From the NCBI RefSeq assembly GCF_006345805.1, contig NC_043008.1, positions 64,294,001 through 64,358,000 on the forward strand: a stretch of DNA of 64,000 bases, in the 5' to 3' direction. The notes beneath the pieces were generated by a model. That model ran no database searches. It was not told the origin of the DNA and saw nothing but the letters and a program-made list of their open reading frames with translations. A program made the translations under genes and the position numbers. This stretch comes from Octopus sinensis. Taxonomy: Eukaryota. Below, one piece after another: positions 24,295 through 36,896 of the stretch; the stretch's first letter is position 1; each line of letters begins with the position of its first letter.

Positions 24295-24466
24295 CATATA
24301 TATTGACATATATATACATATGCATATCGTTGTTATTATGCAAAAGTGTCATAAGTCCAAGACGTTGCTTTTTCAGAAAATAGAAAAATAGTTTCCCCAT
24401 TCCATAGCAAAACCGTTGTACTACACTTTGACAACTTTCATATCTTGGTATCAGTAGCAGGTAGAG

Positions 24467-24738
24467 CAATAGTTCCCAAAGTAGGTGGCATTCCCCCTCG
24501 GGGACAGCGGAAAGTCCCATAGAGCGTAGAAGAAAAATGGGGTGATGATGAAGTAGTGATTCATGCAAAAACAACAAAATAATGGGTTCATTAGGTTAAG
24601 TTTTATTTGTGAAATACAATTGCTTTGAATTTGCTTCAGAAAAAGGTCTCTGTTTGTGATGGTTAGTTGGGGTGGTGTGCTATGAATGTGGCCTGGGTGT
24701 CAAGGGCGCAGCAGCCCGAAAATGTTTGGGAGCCACAG
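24467..24738. mobile_element. hAT (Charlie-like) MITE
   Basis: Termini CAATAGTTCCCAAA / TTTGGGAGCCACAG resemble CAGTGGTTCCCAAA; 8-bp flanks AGGTAGAG / AGGAATAG. Confidence 0.65.
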
Positions 24739-27700
24739 AGGAATAGATACAAAGGTTTGACTGAAAGAACCGACTATTGCAAGCTAAAATAAATATTGAT
24801 AAAAATGCATTTTGCCAAATTTGGACATACTATAGTTTAACATAACAACTATATATACATACATACATACATGCATGCATTCATACGTACATGCATGCAT
24901 ACATAAATACCTACCTACCTACATACACACACACATATATATGTATGTATGTATGTATATGGATGGATGCATATTTATATATCTATGTATATAATAACAA
25001 CTACAATGATAATTATAATGATGATGTTTATAATGATAGCAAAAAAATTACATAATAAATACATACACACAGACATACACGTACACACACATACACACAC
25101 TCACACACGGAAATACACACACACACACACATTCACATGTTTTAATCTAAGATGGAGATGAACACCGATGTGTTTCCATGTGGAAAGCTTAATAAATTTT
25201 AACGGTTTTCTCATTTAACATGAAACCAATGGTAGCCTTAAGCCATAAAGAAAGAAATTTTATACACCAATGTGGTTTTGAGTACTCATTCTCATTGTTC
25301 GATATGAACGTATATATGAAGGACTCATGTGTGTGTGCATGATTCTGTATGTATGTATGTGTCTGAGTGTGTTTTCTGTGTGTGCACAGGTGTATATATA
25401 TATATATATATATGTATATATGTGTGTGTGTGTGAAAATGTAAAAAATACAAACAGGGACAAGAACGTGAAACATTTAGAAGACGATACAAAAAACACGG
25501 ACGGGACATTCGAAGCCTTCAATCTTCAGTCAAGAACTGGATCATCTTCGCAATTTCGGCTGATTAATCTTGAGATTGCTCCGATCTGGCCAGCCCCAAA
25601 GGAAAATCTAAGCCAAGCACATTAGATTCGTTGGAAGAAAGCCTCGAATGTATACAAAACAAGGACGGTGTTACACGAATAAAATTACAAAAATACGTAA
25701 AAACAATAATGATAACACGAATAAGAATACAAAAATACGTAAAAACAATAATGATAATAATAATAACAACAAAAACAGGACGTCACAGACAAGCGTCTTT
25801 TCGACAGGACGAGTAAATTTTTTGAGCTGGCGTTAGAAAAAAGCCTTAGGGCTACAGAGAGAAAAAAAAATGTGTCTTGCCGCAACGGCTGCTGACCACG
25901 AAGAGGCAAGCAATCGGTTGGCTAGTCACGTGTGAGGGAAAGAGAGAGAGGAAAAGAGGGACAGATGAAGAGAGAAAGAAGGGGAACAAGGAAGAAAGGA
26001 GGAGGAGGAGGAGAAGAGAGAGAGTGAGAGAAAAAGAGACAGATCAAAGTGGAGTGCAAAGTGTGAAAGGCAGAGAAATGTAGGAGAGGGGGAGAGAGAC
26101 AGTGTTGCAGAGTCGTACCATGTGTTAAAGTATATATATATATATATAGGGGTATAGCAGTGAATGAAAAGTCGTATTCCTATCACCACCACCTTCATCA
26201 AAACAAAAGTTAGAGAATGTTTCATATTTGAACAGAAATTGTTCGTTGCTGCAAGGAATGCAAATAGAACATGCAAAATCAACTAATAGTATTATCTCCA
26301 TTTTTAAAATTGAAGTTTATATATGTCATCAGGGAACAGACAAAAAAATAAATAAATAACTATAAAGACTGTAAGAAAAAGAAAGTATTTGGCACACTGA
26401 CAATCTTGAATAGGTTAGAAGAATTTACATAAAATATTTCACTTTTAAGAAATAATCCAAACAGAAATATTTGGCCAATGTAATTATTTTATTCTAGTTT
26501 CTTATGAGTCTGTATTTTCATTTTTATTTTATTGTTTAGGTATTTTTACTTTCACTTTCAGTTTCTTTTTTGCAGTTTTCAAGAAGTAGTAACTTATATA
26601 TATAAGCGTTTTGAAGGCTGTCTGTTAACGACAACACAAGATATAGGTTTTGTTCAAATAACAAAGAACTAGTCGGTAAATTCTACCTCAAAATGTCACC
26701 CTGTTTGTTAGAGGTGATAGCCTTAGGAGAAACACTGCAAACAATTTCTCAGAGAATATGTAACAAAATTAGATTTCTTGTAGACAAAGGTTGATGATAA
26801 AGAATACCAATTCAAAGAAATTGAGGGAGAGTAAAGAATATAGCTTTAGGCATTACTCTACTTTTCAAAAGTTGAGATAATTCACCTAAGATGTTCACAT
26901 GCTATTTTCTTAATGATGCCCAAGTGCATGATGGGAACAATAAAGATATAAGTAGAATGTCTTTATTATATTTGGTAATTTCTTTTGTATTTATATATAA
27001 TATTATTTGTTTTATAGTAGATATTTAATGTTGCATGCATATTGCACGTAAATAAATTATTTCTTCGCTTTTCCTTTCTTACTTTCTTCACCTCCCTCAC
27101 TCTCTCTCTCTCTACTTCTGCTTAACATATATATATATATCATTATACACACACATCCACATAAGCACACCTACACACACACACATAGATATAGAATATG
27201 AAATAATATAATATAATGCCAACAACAACAACAGTTGTACACCATGAACACAAATGCACACATTTGAAAATATGTCAGATCTACAAGCAGCCCATTCAAG
27301 TGTGTCGTAGCAAACACAAATCCTCCTATAGGATATCAGAGAGGTGCAATATGATGTCCCTGGCCAGCTAAGTGTGGTGTTTGAAAGAGAAAGGCTTGCT
27401 ATATATCATTAAAAGGTAGCTCCTAGGACAATCAGGGCTGTACTTCAATAGAAATAAACAATCCAAGTTTTGCTTTCCTGAAAAAGCAAGAATTCTGAAA
27501 AACTCACTTGAATCAGGAACCTTTTTTAAACTCCAAAACTGAGATGTTTAGTGACTGTCCTTATCAGAGGAAATTCATGTTGAAAACATGGAATTCCACA
27601 TTTGCCATCAAGGTAAATGCTACCATCTTCAGCTATATTTGGCAGACTTGTCATGGATATAAATGGAACCGATGTAAGGCAGATAACTCTGCCTCACACA

Positions 27701-27908
27701 TTGTTTTGCCAGTAGAGTTCATTCTGGAAATGTTTTGCTTCCAAAATTAACTGACCATGCTGTTTTCCTCTCACCTGTTGTAGAGAGATTTATGTGCCTC
27801 TATCTGTTTGAGTCTGATGAATTGCCTATAGAGCTGAGTAGTTTATAAGTGTGAAACTAATGGTCAGTCTCTGACTAGCCAAAAGAAACAACTGTCTCAA
27901 TATATATA

Positions 27909-28221
27909 CAATTGCAGCGTGGAAGGTGTTTATAAATAATTTAAGAAACACACAAAAACCGTTAAATTCACTTCAATATTTTAATTTAATTTGCCAAAAT
28001 ATTTTCGTCGCTTTGAGACCTGTTCACTGAATTTTGCTAGTGAACAGGTTGCGGTCTCAAAGCGACGAAAATATTTTGGTAAATTAGTTTTAAATATTGA
28101 AGTGAATCTGACGGTTTTTGTGTGTTTCTTAAATGGCTTATAAACCCCGTCCATGCTGAAATTGTTTTTGTTCCAGCACACGATCTCAGATCAGGTTACT
28201 TGCTATGCAAGTACATCTCCA
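27909..28221. mobile_element. Fold-back palindromic element (long TIR, about 10-nt loop), left arm truncated; superfamily unassigned
   Basis: 27909-28029 is the reverse complement of about 28040-28165; a single homologous arm occurs at 36383-36590. Confidence 0.85.
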
Positions 28222-28322
28222 TAATATATATATATATATATATATTATATATACATACATACATACATACATATATACATACATACATGCATACATACAT
28301 ACGTACGTACATACATATATAT

Positions 28323-28444
28323 ATATTAATATAAGTAGATGTAAAAGTGCATCCTTATGATTAATATAATGATATATATATATATATATATATATCATAA
28401 TATTAATCATAAGGATGCACTTTTACATCTACCTATATTAATAT
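28323..28444. repeat. Palindrome centred on a (TA)n tract
   Basis: 44-bp arms 28323-28366 / 28401-28444 with one mismatch. Confidence 0.95.
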
Positions 28445-28573
28445 TGCTGTTATTATCAACTACTTATTTTGCCTGAACAAAACAGCTAAAAACAGTTGTT
28501 TGGATTTTAGCTGTTCCTTCTAGCACACAAGGAATCCTATGATGAATACCTTTTATGTGTTTAAATGTAAACT

Positions 28574-28623
<50 letters not shown>

Positions 28624-28918
28624 ATGTATATATATATATATACAACAGGCTTCTATCAGTTTTCGTCTTTCAGATCAAGGTTTGAGAATAGAGACTTGTC
28701 AAGATACCCCGAGCTGCATCCAAAACTATGTACATGGGAAGCAAACTTCTTAAAAATACTGCTATGCTTATGATTATACGTGTATACTATATGCATATGT
28801 ATATATACATATCTGTGTGTGTGTGCCTGAGTGTGTTTGTTTGTGTGTTTGTGTTTATGTATGTATATACCGATACATACATGTGTTCATATGTGTGTAT
28901 ATATATATATACATATAC

Positions 28919-28973
<55 letters not shown>

Positions 28974-30021
28974 TGGGAGTCTGTATGTATGTTTGTATGT
29001 ATGTAAGTATGTTTGTATGTATATATATGGAAAATTAATTTTTTTCTTATATTACTAGGAGGAAATACTGTCTACTAAAAGTAACTGAAAATATTTGAAG
29101 ATAAATGAGAAATTGTCTGCAAACTTCTGCTACTACGTGTATACAATAACTTACAACACAATACTCACCACGTTTAACATCATCCATAAGCAAGAAATTG
29201 AATATATGTTGTTAACTTCCATTTCCTATTGTATATTTCCTCTTCAGTAAGTTTTTAATATCTCTCATGTAAATCTGCCAAAAAATTCACGTAATGTTTT
29301 CACAGAACATACTGTAAACACAAATCCCTACAATTGCTGCTTTCTCTATTTATAAACAGTCTAGAGGTTCTAAAAGTTATGACCATGTTATTTTATCCTT
29401 TTATTTTATTTTACAGTTTTTAAATATACTTCTTATATATCAATTTCTTAAGCTAAAACACGGAAATAACAATATAAAAACAAACAGTAAATAGACTCTT
29501 TCTTTCTTTCTTTCTTTTATTCATCTATTTATTTGTTTATTTTATTTCTTGTGTGAAAATGCTTATCACAGACAAAATATTGTAAATTAAATGTAAACAA
29601 GACTGGTGCGGAACAAATGTATTTACTGCTGACATAGCTTAACACGAATTATGGAAGGTAAACAATGCAAAGAATTGCATTAAAAAACGAAAGTGAAAGT
29701 AACGGGCTCTCTACAGAGGAAAAACATGGAATTTAATTCTGGATTCTTTGTGTGTTTATATGTGTCTGTCTATGCTTATATACATATGCATGCCAGTATG
29801 GAAATCAGACAGTAAATAATGATGTTAAGGATGATGATAATATATATATATATGTATATGTGTGTGTACGTATTTATGTATATATACATACACATATATA
29901 TAAATATTTAAGTATATATATATATATATAATATAAATAATATAAGTGTATAATATAAATTTATCTCCAATTTATATTTTATATACTCCCTAATATTATT
30001 ATATATATATATATATATAAT

Positions 30022-30052
<31 letters not shown>

Positions 30053-30435
30053 CATATATATAAATATTTAAATATATATATGTGTGTATAAACACACAAA
30101 CAGATAGATATTTAAACATACATGCATATATATCATCATTTAATAGCCATCTTCCATACTGGCATACATTGAATAGCTTGGTAGAATCTGATGATTCCTA
30201 GGACTGTATTGTGCTACAGCATTAGCTTCAATTTCTATTGCTGGATATCCTTCTTAATTCCAAATTCTATACAGAATGTACCAAATGATTTTTGTTGTGA
30301 CACTGACACTAGGGAGGGTGCTATGCAACTCACAAGTCTATATAACCAGTGACAAGGTATGTGTAAAAAGCATCTTAGTTAGGTATAATCTGCACACCCC
30401 AACAATGTTAACTTCACTGCGGGTTACACCTGTCT

Positions 30436-30530
30436 CCTGTTAACTTTGGTAAATTCACAGTTTCTTACTGACAATGACATAGTATATCTGACAAACAGTA
30501 AGAAACTGTGAATTTACCAAAGTTAACAGG
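30436..30530. repeat. Perfect 35-bp inverted repeat with 25-bp spacer (possible small MITE about 30383-30560)
   Basis: CCTGTTAACTTTGGTAAATTCACAGTTTCTTACTG (30436-30470) and its exact reverse complement (30496-30530). Confidence 0.9.
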
Positions 30531-30834
30531 GGGCAGATGTTATCCACATTGGGTTGTGATACTCATCTTACTTGAAGAAGACTGGTCAACTACTTGAAGA
30601 ACTCTAATCAACAGCTGTATTTCTTGTAAACTTTCTTCTATATTGGCACGAATGGAATGTGTCATCATAGTCTGTGTCACTTTTTTCTTGGAGTCACAGC
30701 TCTACTTTATCATTTGTAGAACAACATATCACATAGGTTTAATTTTTCTTCTTGCTATTTCTTTATATGAAAACATAATATACACATACATACATACATA
30801 CATACATACATACATACATACATACATACATACA

Positions 30835-30870
<36 letters not shown>

Positions 30871-30889
30871 TAGACATGTGTGTGTGCAT

Positions 30890-31558
30890 GTGTACACGTG
30901 TCTGTGTTTTTCCCCACCAACATCGCTTGACAACTGAAGATGGTGTGTTTATGTCCCCCTAACTTAGCAGTTCAGCAAAAGAGATTGATAGGATAAGTAC
31001 TAGGCTTACAAAGAATAAGTCCTAGGGTTGATTTGTTCAAGTAAAGGCAGTGCTCCAGCATGACCACAGTCAAATGACTGAACCAAATACAAATATAAAA
31101 GAATACACACACACACACACATATATATTTATATATATGTATACTTTACTTTACTTTACTTTACTTACTTGTTTCAGTCATTTTGACTGCGGCCATGCTG
31201 GAGCACCGCCTTTAGTCGAGCAAATCGACCCCAGGACTTATTCTTTGTAAGCCCAGTACTTATTCTATCGGTCTCTTTTGCCGAACCGCAAGTGACGGGG
31301 ACGTAAACACACCAGCATCGGTTGTCAAGCAATGCTAGGGGGACTAACACAGACACACAAACACACACACACACATACATATATATATATACATATATAC
31401 GACGGGCTTCTTTCAGTTTCCCTCTACTAAATCCACTCACAAGGCATTGGTCGGCCCGGGGCTATAGCAGAAGACACTTGCCCAAGATGCCACGCAGTGG
31501 GACTGAACCCAGAACCATGTGGCTGGTTAGCAAGCTACTTACCACACAGCCACTCCAG
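30890..31558. mobile_element. Tail-to-tail SINE family A pair (30890-31100 plus 3' half; 31150-31558 minus full length)
   Basis: Direct homology to other copies. Confidence 0.88.
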
Positions 31559-32079
31559 TAGATATTTTATGACAAATTTTAGTACAAGAAGATGGACTGG
31601 ACAGGCGTTTTTGCAAATCACTACAATTATTTCAGTGAATCATAACCAGCTGTAAGTGAATGCTACATAGATTATAATCTATATATAATTATATGATATT
31701 GTATTAATATGATTCAGCAACAGCCATATGAATGCACATGTTCAGCTAACCATGTAACTATCCTTTGTTGAATAACACCAGAAGTAAATAAATTTTTCGT
31801 TATATACTGTTGTTATATTTTGTAACTAACACACAAGCACACAAATATACACACACAAACATACACACATACACACACATACACATGTAAATGGTGAACA
31901 ACAAGAATGAGTTCTCTACACTGCATTGATGTTTTCATCCCAATTGGAGACAAACACCGTCCCTTCATATGATCGGCTTGAAAAATTGTTAGGATATTAA
32001 GATATTTTTCTTAACATGAAACCAATGCTAGCCTTTATATACAAATAAAAAATATATATATGTGTGTATGTGCATATGT

Positions 32080-33268
32080 ATAAGTTACAGGGACATAAGT
32101 ACACCAACACTGGTTGTCTAGTAGTGGTGCAGGACACAGACACAAAGACAAACACACACTTGCATGCACATACACAAACACACATACACACATACACATA
32201 CACACACACACACAAACACATACAAACAAACACACATGCAGACATATACGATGGGCTTCTTTCAGTTTCCACTCACAAAGCTTTGCTCAGCCCAAAGCAA
32301 GAGTGGAAGACACTTGCTCAATATGCCCTGCAGTGGGACTGAACCTAGAACCATGTGGTTGGGAAACAAACTTCTTAACATACAGCCACACCTGTACCTA
32401 TGAGGAGACCCCCTTCGGTCATGAATGACCATGGGATTGCGCCTAGAAAGTTACTCTCCGATGCACAAGTCCAGGCAAGGTTATCTGTGGAAGGTCAGCA
32501 GTCGCCCATGCATACCAGCTTCCTCTCTCCACACCACTGATGTTATCCAAGGGAATGGCACCAGTGATGTCGCAACTCATTTCAACGGCTGAGTTAACTG
32601 GAGCAATATGAAATAAAGTATCTTGCTCAAGAACACAACATACAGCCTGGTTCGAGAATCAGACTCACAACCTCACAATCATAAGCTCGACACCCTAACC
32701 ACTGAGTCATGCAACTTCACCTATACGCCTGTACCTATACATGTATTATATATTGTTGTGACCCCCTTCGGTCATGAATGACCATGGGATTGCACCTAGA
32801 AAGTTACCCTCCGAGGCACAAGTCTGGGCAAGGTTGTTTATGGAAGACCAGCAGTTCCCCACACATACCAGCCTCCCCTCTCCATGCCACTAGTGTTATC
32901 CAAGAGAAAGGCAAAGGCCGATACAACTTGGCACCAGTGACGTCGCAGCTCATTTATTAACGTGCAAGTGGCTGAGCACTCCACAGACACGTGTACCCTT
33001 AACATAGCTCTCAGGGAGATTCAGCGTGACACAGCATGTGACAAGGATGGCCATTTGAAACACAGGTACAACAGAAACAGGAAGAAAGAGTGAGAGAAAG
33101 TTGTGGTGAAAGAGTACAGCAGGGTTCACCACCACCCCTTGCATGAGCCACGTGGAACTTTAGGTGTTTTCGAACAATAAACACTCACAATGCCCGGTCT
33201 TCGAATCGAAACCGCGATCCTTCGACCATGAGTCCGCTGTCCTAACCACCGGGCCATTGCGCCTCCTG
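32080..33268 (-). mobile_element. SINE cluster: family A variant (32080-32400), head D SINE (32400-32710), chimeric head C SINE (32760-33268)
   Basis: tRNA-like heads at about 32400, 32710 and 33268; shared tail ...CCCATGGTCATTCATGACCGAAGGGG at 32405 and 32762. Confidence 0.8.
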
Positions 33269-33285
33269 TATTATATATACACATA

Positions 33286-33640
33286 CATTATCATCATCGT
33301 TTAACGTCTGTTTTCCGTGCTAGCACGGGTTGGACGGTTCGACCGGAGTCTTGGAAGCCAGGGGCTGCTCCAGGCTCCAGTCTGATCTGGCAGAGTTTCT
33401 ACGGCTGGATGCCCTTCCTAACGCCAACCACTCCGCGAGTGTAGTGGGTGCTTTTTACGTGCCACCTGCACAGGTGCCAGGGGGGGGTCCGGCATCGGTC
33501 ACGATCGGTTGGAGCTTTTAACGTGCCAGCGGCACGGAAGCCAGCCAAGGCGGCGCTGGTCTTTTTATGTGCCACCGGCACAGGAGCCAGTCGGGGTGGC
33601 GCTGGCATCGGCCACGTTCGGATGGTGCTTTTTATGTGCC
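33286..33640 (-). mobile_element. RTE LINE 3' UTR fragment
   Basis: Reverse complement of the shared terminal segment plus diverged units. Confidence 0.85.
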
Positions 33641-34111
33641 ATTATATACATACATTTTGTCTGTGTTAGAATTGAACTTGTAAAACTTTACATCTATTTG
33701 TATGGAAAGAAAAAGCTGTAACCCAACCATGAAAGTTATATTCAAAATACATTGCTTCCTTAAAAACATTGAGGTTACACTTATCAAAACATTGCTGGAA
33801 TAAAACAACATCAAAGAAGCCTAAATAGTGTCATCAATATTTAGCAATATAATTAATTACAAAGGAAACTAATTGCAATTGTTTGACAGCCGATGTTGAT
33901 ACGTAAATTACATGTATTAAGAAATGTTTGTTATTTCTATGAATTTATATAGGGGTTAAAACGTAAATTTTGGCAAAGGAGTAAGTTTTGCAATTAGAAT
34001 GAAACCGTTTCAGCTATAATTATGTCCTCATCAGTTCTTCTGTAGCCTGATCATCTCTATTAACTAGTGTAAGTGATTGCTATATATGTATGTATATACA
34101 TACATAAATAC

Positions 34112-34174
<63 letters not shown>

Positions 34175-34234
34175 TATATGTATGTATATGTGTATATATA
34201 TATATGTGTGTGTGTGTGTATATGTATATAAATA

Positions 34235-34304
<70 letters not shown>

Positions 34305-34871
34305 CATATATTGATTATTTTTTATAGAAATCATCTATAGGAGTGTTATGTGTGTGTATGTGTATTTGAATGTTGTGTGTATATGTATGTGAGTGCGCAT
34401 GCCTATGTTTACGTGTGTGTGTTTATATGTGTGTGTGTTTATATGTGTGTGTGTGTGTGTGTGTTATAGATTCAGAATTGTGGGGACTGATGATTGTAAT
34501 TGTTATTGAACAGCTGTCTGATGGGTAATTTGGCTGTAGAAGTATTAAATATTATTTTGTTATATGTAATAAAGATGATGGAATCATAAGTATGAGACAG
34601 TGTCAGACTAGATTTGTTTTGTTGCATTTAATTATTTCTGTTATACTCTTTCTTTACTGGTTTTAACCATCAGGCTGCAACCATGCTGGAGCATTTCTTA
34701 CAGGAGTTTTTGTTCATCGTATCTACTCCAATCCTTATTTCAATTATTTTGTTAATATCTGTTTGTTGAACTGCTAGGTTATGGGACAGAATGACACAGC
34801 ATAGATAAAACTAACAAATACACACATGCACTTACATTTATACTCACATAGATATATATTAACACACTCTG

Positions 34872-35227
34872 GCATGTAAAAAACCACCATCTGAACGTGG
34901 CCGTTGCCAGTGCCGCCCCGACTGGCCTCGCGCCAGTGGCTCGTAAAAAGCACCATCCGTTCATGGCTGTTGCCAGCCTCGCCTGGCCCCCGTACCGGTG
35001 GCATGTAAAAAGCACCATCCGATCGTGGCCGTTTGCCAGCCTCGTCTGGCACCTGTGCCGGTGGCATGTAAAAAGCACCCACTACACTCACTGAGTGGTT
35101 GGCGTTAGGAAGGGCATCCAGCCGTAGAAACATTGCCAGATCAGACTGGGCCTGGTGCAGCCTTCTGGCTCCCCAGACCCCAGTTGAACCGTCCAACCCA
35201 TGCTAGCATGGAAAGCGGACGCTAAAC

Positions 35228-35260
<33 letters not shown>
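34872..35260 (+). mobile_element. RTE LINE 3' UTR fragment with diverged tandem units
   Basis: Three diverged units then CCATGCTAGCATGG...(GAT)n. Confidence 0.85.
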
Positions 35261-35261
<1 letters not shown>

Positions 35262-35279
35262 CAAACACACATATATACA

Positions 35280-35780
35280 ATATGTGGTAAATACCGCTAA
35301 AAACTTTCAAACCCACCTTCACCAAACCATTGAAGATGCTATTTCAGAAGCTTAAAAAAACTGGCATATTCCTAAAACTACTGAAAGCTGCAGTAGTAAC
35401 ACCTATACACAACGGAGGTAGCAGAACTGAAACTAAAAATTACAAACCTGTTTTTCTCGCATCTCACAAATCTAAAATTGCTAAAAAACAGAATAATTAC
35501 ATACCTTGAGGAAAACAACCTTTATGAAGACACACAGCATGGTTTTCAGACTGGATGAAGTTGTTTGTCACAACTAATATAACACCATAACACTGTCCTC
35601 AGTAATCTCTTGAGATGAATAGACACTGACTGCATGTCCTTTAAAAAGATTAATCATGGAATCATCTATCATAGGATAAGGGATCTTGATACCACAGGAC
35701 AATTTGGAAAATGGTTCTTAGACTTCTTATAGGGTAGGAATCAATCTGTTGCTGCAAACAGTTTTGTTTGCAAAGTCACC
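35280..35780 (+). pseudogene. CR1/L2-group LINE reverse transcriptase fragment
   Basis: GIFLKLLKAAVVTPIHNGGSR..NYKPV..LEENNL..TQHGFQTG*SCLSQLI..GKWFLDFL*GRNQSVAAN across frameshifts. Confidence 0.8.
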
Positions 35781-35855
35781 TGTAATAAGTGGCAGTTATA
35801 AGTGGAGGTGCATGGCTTAGTGGTTAGTGTGTTGGACTTTTAATCGTAAGATTGT

Positions 35856-36375
35856 GGTATCGGCTGGTCTCATCCATCACAGATTTTTGGATCCAGGTGA
35901 AACATTATGGCGGAGAAGTACTGTCAGGAAATGGATGAAATACATAAGAAACTCTGACAACAACAGCCAGCACTGGTCAATAGAAAAGGACCAATTCTTC
36001 TCCACAATAATGATCGGCTTCACGTCGTATAACTGACCCTGCAGAAGTTGAACGAATTGGGCTATGAAACTCTGCCTCATCTGCCATACTCCCCAGACCT
36101 CTCACCTACCAACTACCACTTTTTCAAGCATCTTGACAACTTCCTGCATGCAAAATGCTTCAAAAACCAAGACGATGCCAAACACGCCTTCAACGACATC
36201 ATCACCATCAGAACGCAGGATTTTTACGTTACTGGTATAAATAAACTTGTTCGCATTGGCAAAATTGTGTTGATTCTGATGGTGTTTATATCGATTAATA
36301 AAGTTTTGTTTGAGCCGAGCTACATGCACCTGAATTTAAAGGTTAAAAACCACATGAACTTTCTTGACAACCTAA
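35856..36375 (+). mobile_element. Hsmar1-like (cecropia) mariner 3' half with 3' TIR
   Basis: AGLIHHRFLDPGET..YCQEMDEIHKKL*QQQPALVNRKGPILLHNN..LQKLNELGYETLPHLPYSPDLSPTNYHFFKHLDNFL; ends AAAAACCACATGAACTTTCTTGACAACCTAA + TA. Confidence 0.9.
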
Positions 36376-36382
36376 TATATTA

Positions 36383-36590
36383 TGGAGATGTATTTGCATA
36401 GCAAGAGACCTGTTCAAAGATCATGTGCTGAAACAACAGCAATTGCAGCATGGAAGGTGTTTATAAGCCATTTAAAAACACACAAAAAACCGTTAGATTC
36501 ACTTCAACATTTAAATTTAATTTGTCAAAATATTTTAGTTGCTTTGAAACTGCAGCCTGTTCACTGACAAAGTTCTGTGCTGCCTCTCTG
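36383..36590 (+). mobile_element. Single arm of the fold-back element seen at 27909-28221
   Basis: TGGAGATGTATTTGCATAGCAAG...GCCTGTTCACTG aligns with the reverse complement of 28040-28221. Confidence 0.85.
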
Positions 36591-36688
36591 CTGTTGTTGT
36601 GTATATATATATATTATATATATATATATATATGTTATATATTATTTACTATCTATTATATATATATATATATATATATATCCACAAC

Positions 36689-36811
36689 CAGCATGGGCCA
36701 AATGTCATGCACCAAAACATTTGACATTTTTACTATATTAGTGTTGTTTTTGTAATGTGCAATATATATTGAATGAGTGTTAAGTTTGATATTGACTTTT
36801 GGCCCACCCTG
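36689..36811. mobile_element. Tc1/mariner-type MITE, 123 bp
   Basis: TIR CAGCATGGGCCAAATGTCA / TGACTTTTGGCCCACCCTG followed by TA on the right. Confidence 0.6.
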
Positions 36812-36843
36812 TACACACACATATACATACATGCATATATGTG

Positions 36844-36896
<53 letters not shown>

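Noticed and set aside
25495-25540. CTGAAGA...GAA.GTC hammerhead-like motif on the minus strand
   Set aside because: No GAAA box, no credible stem II and no stem I pairing.
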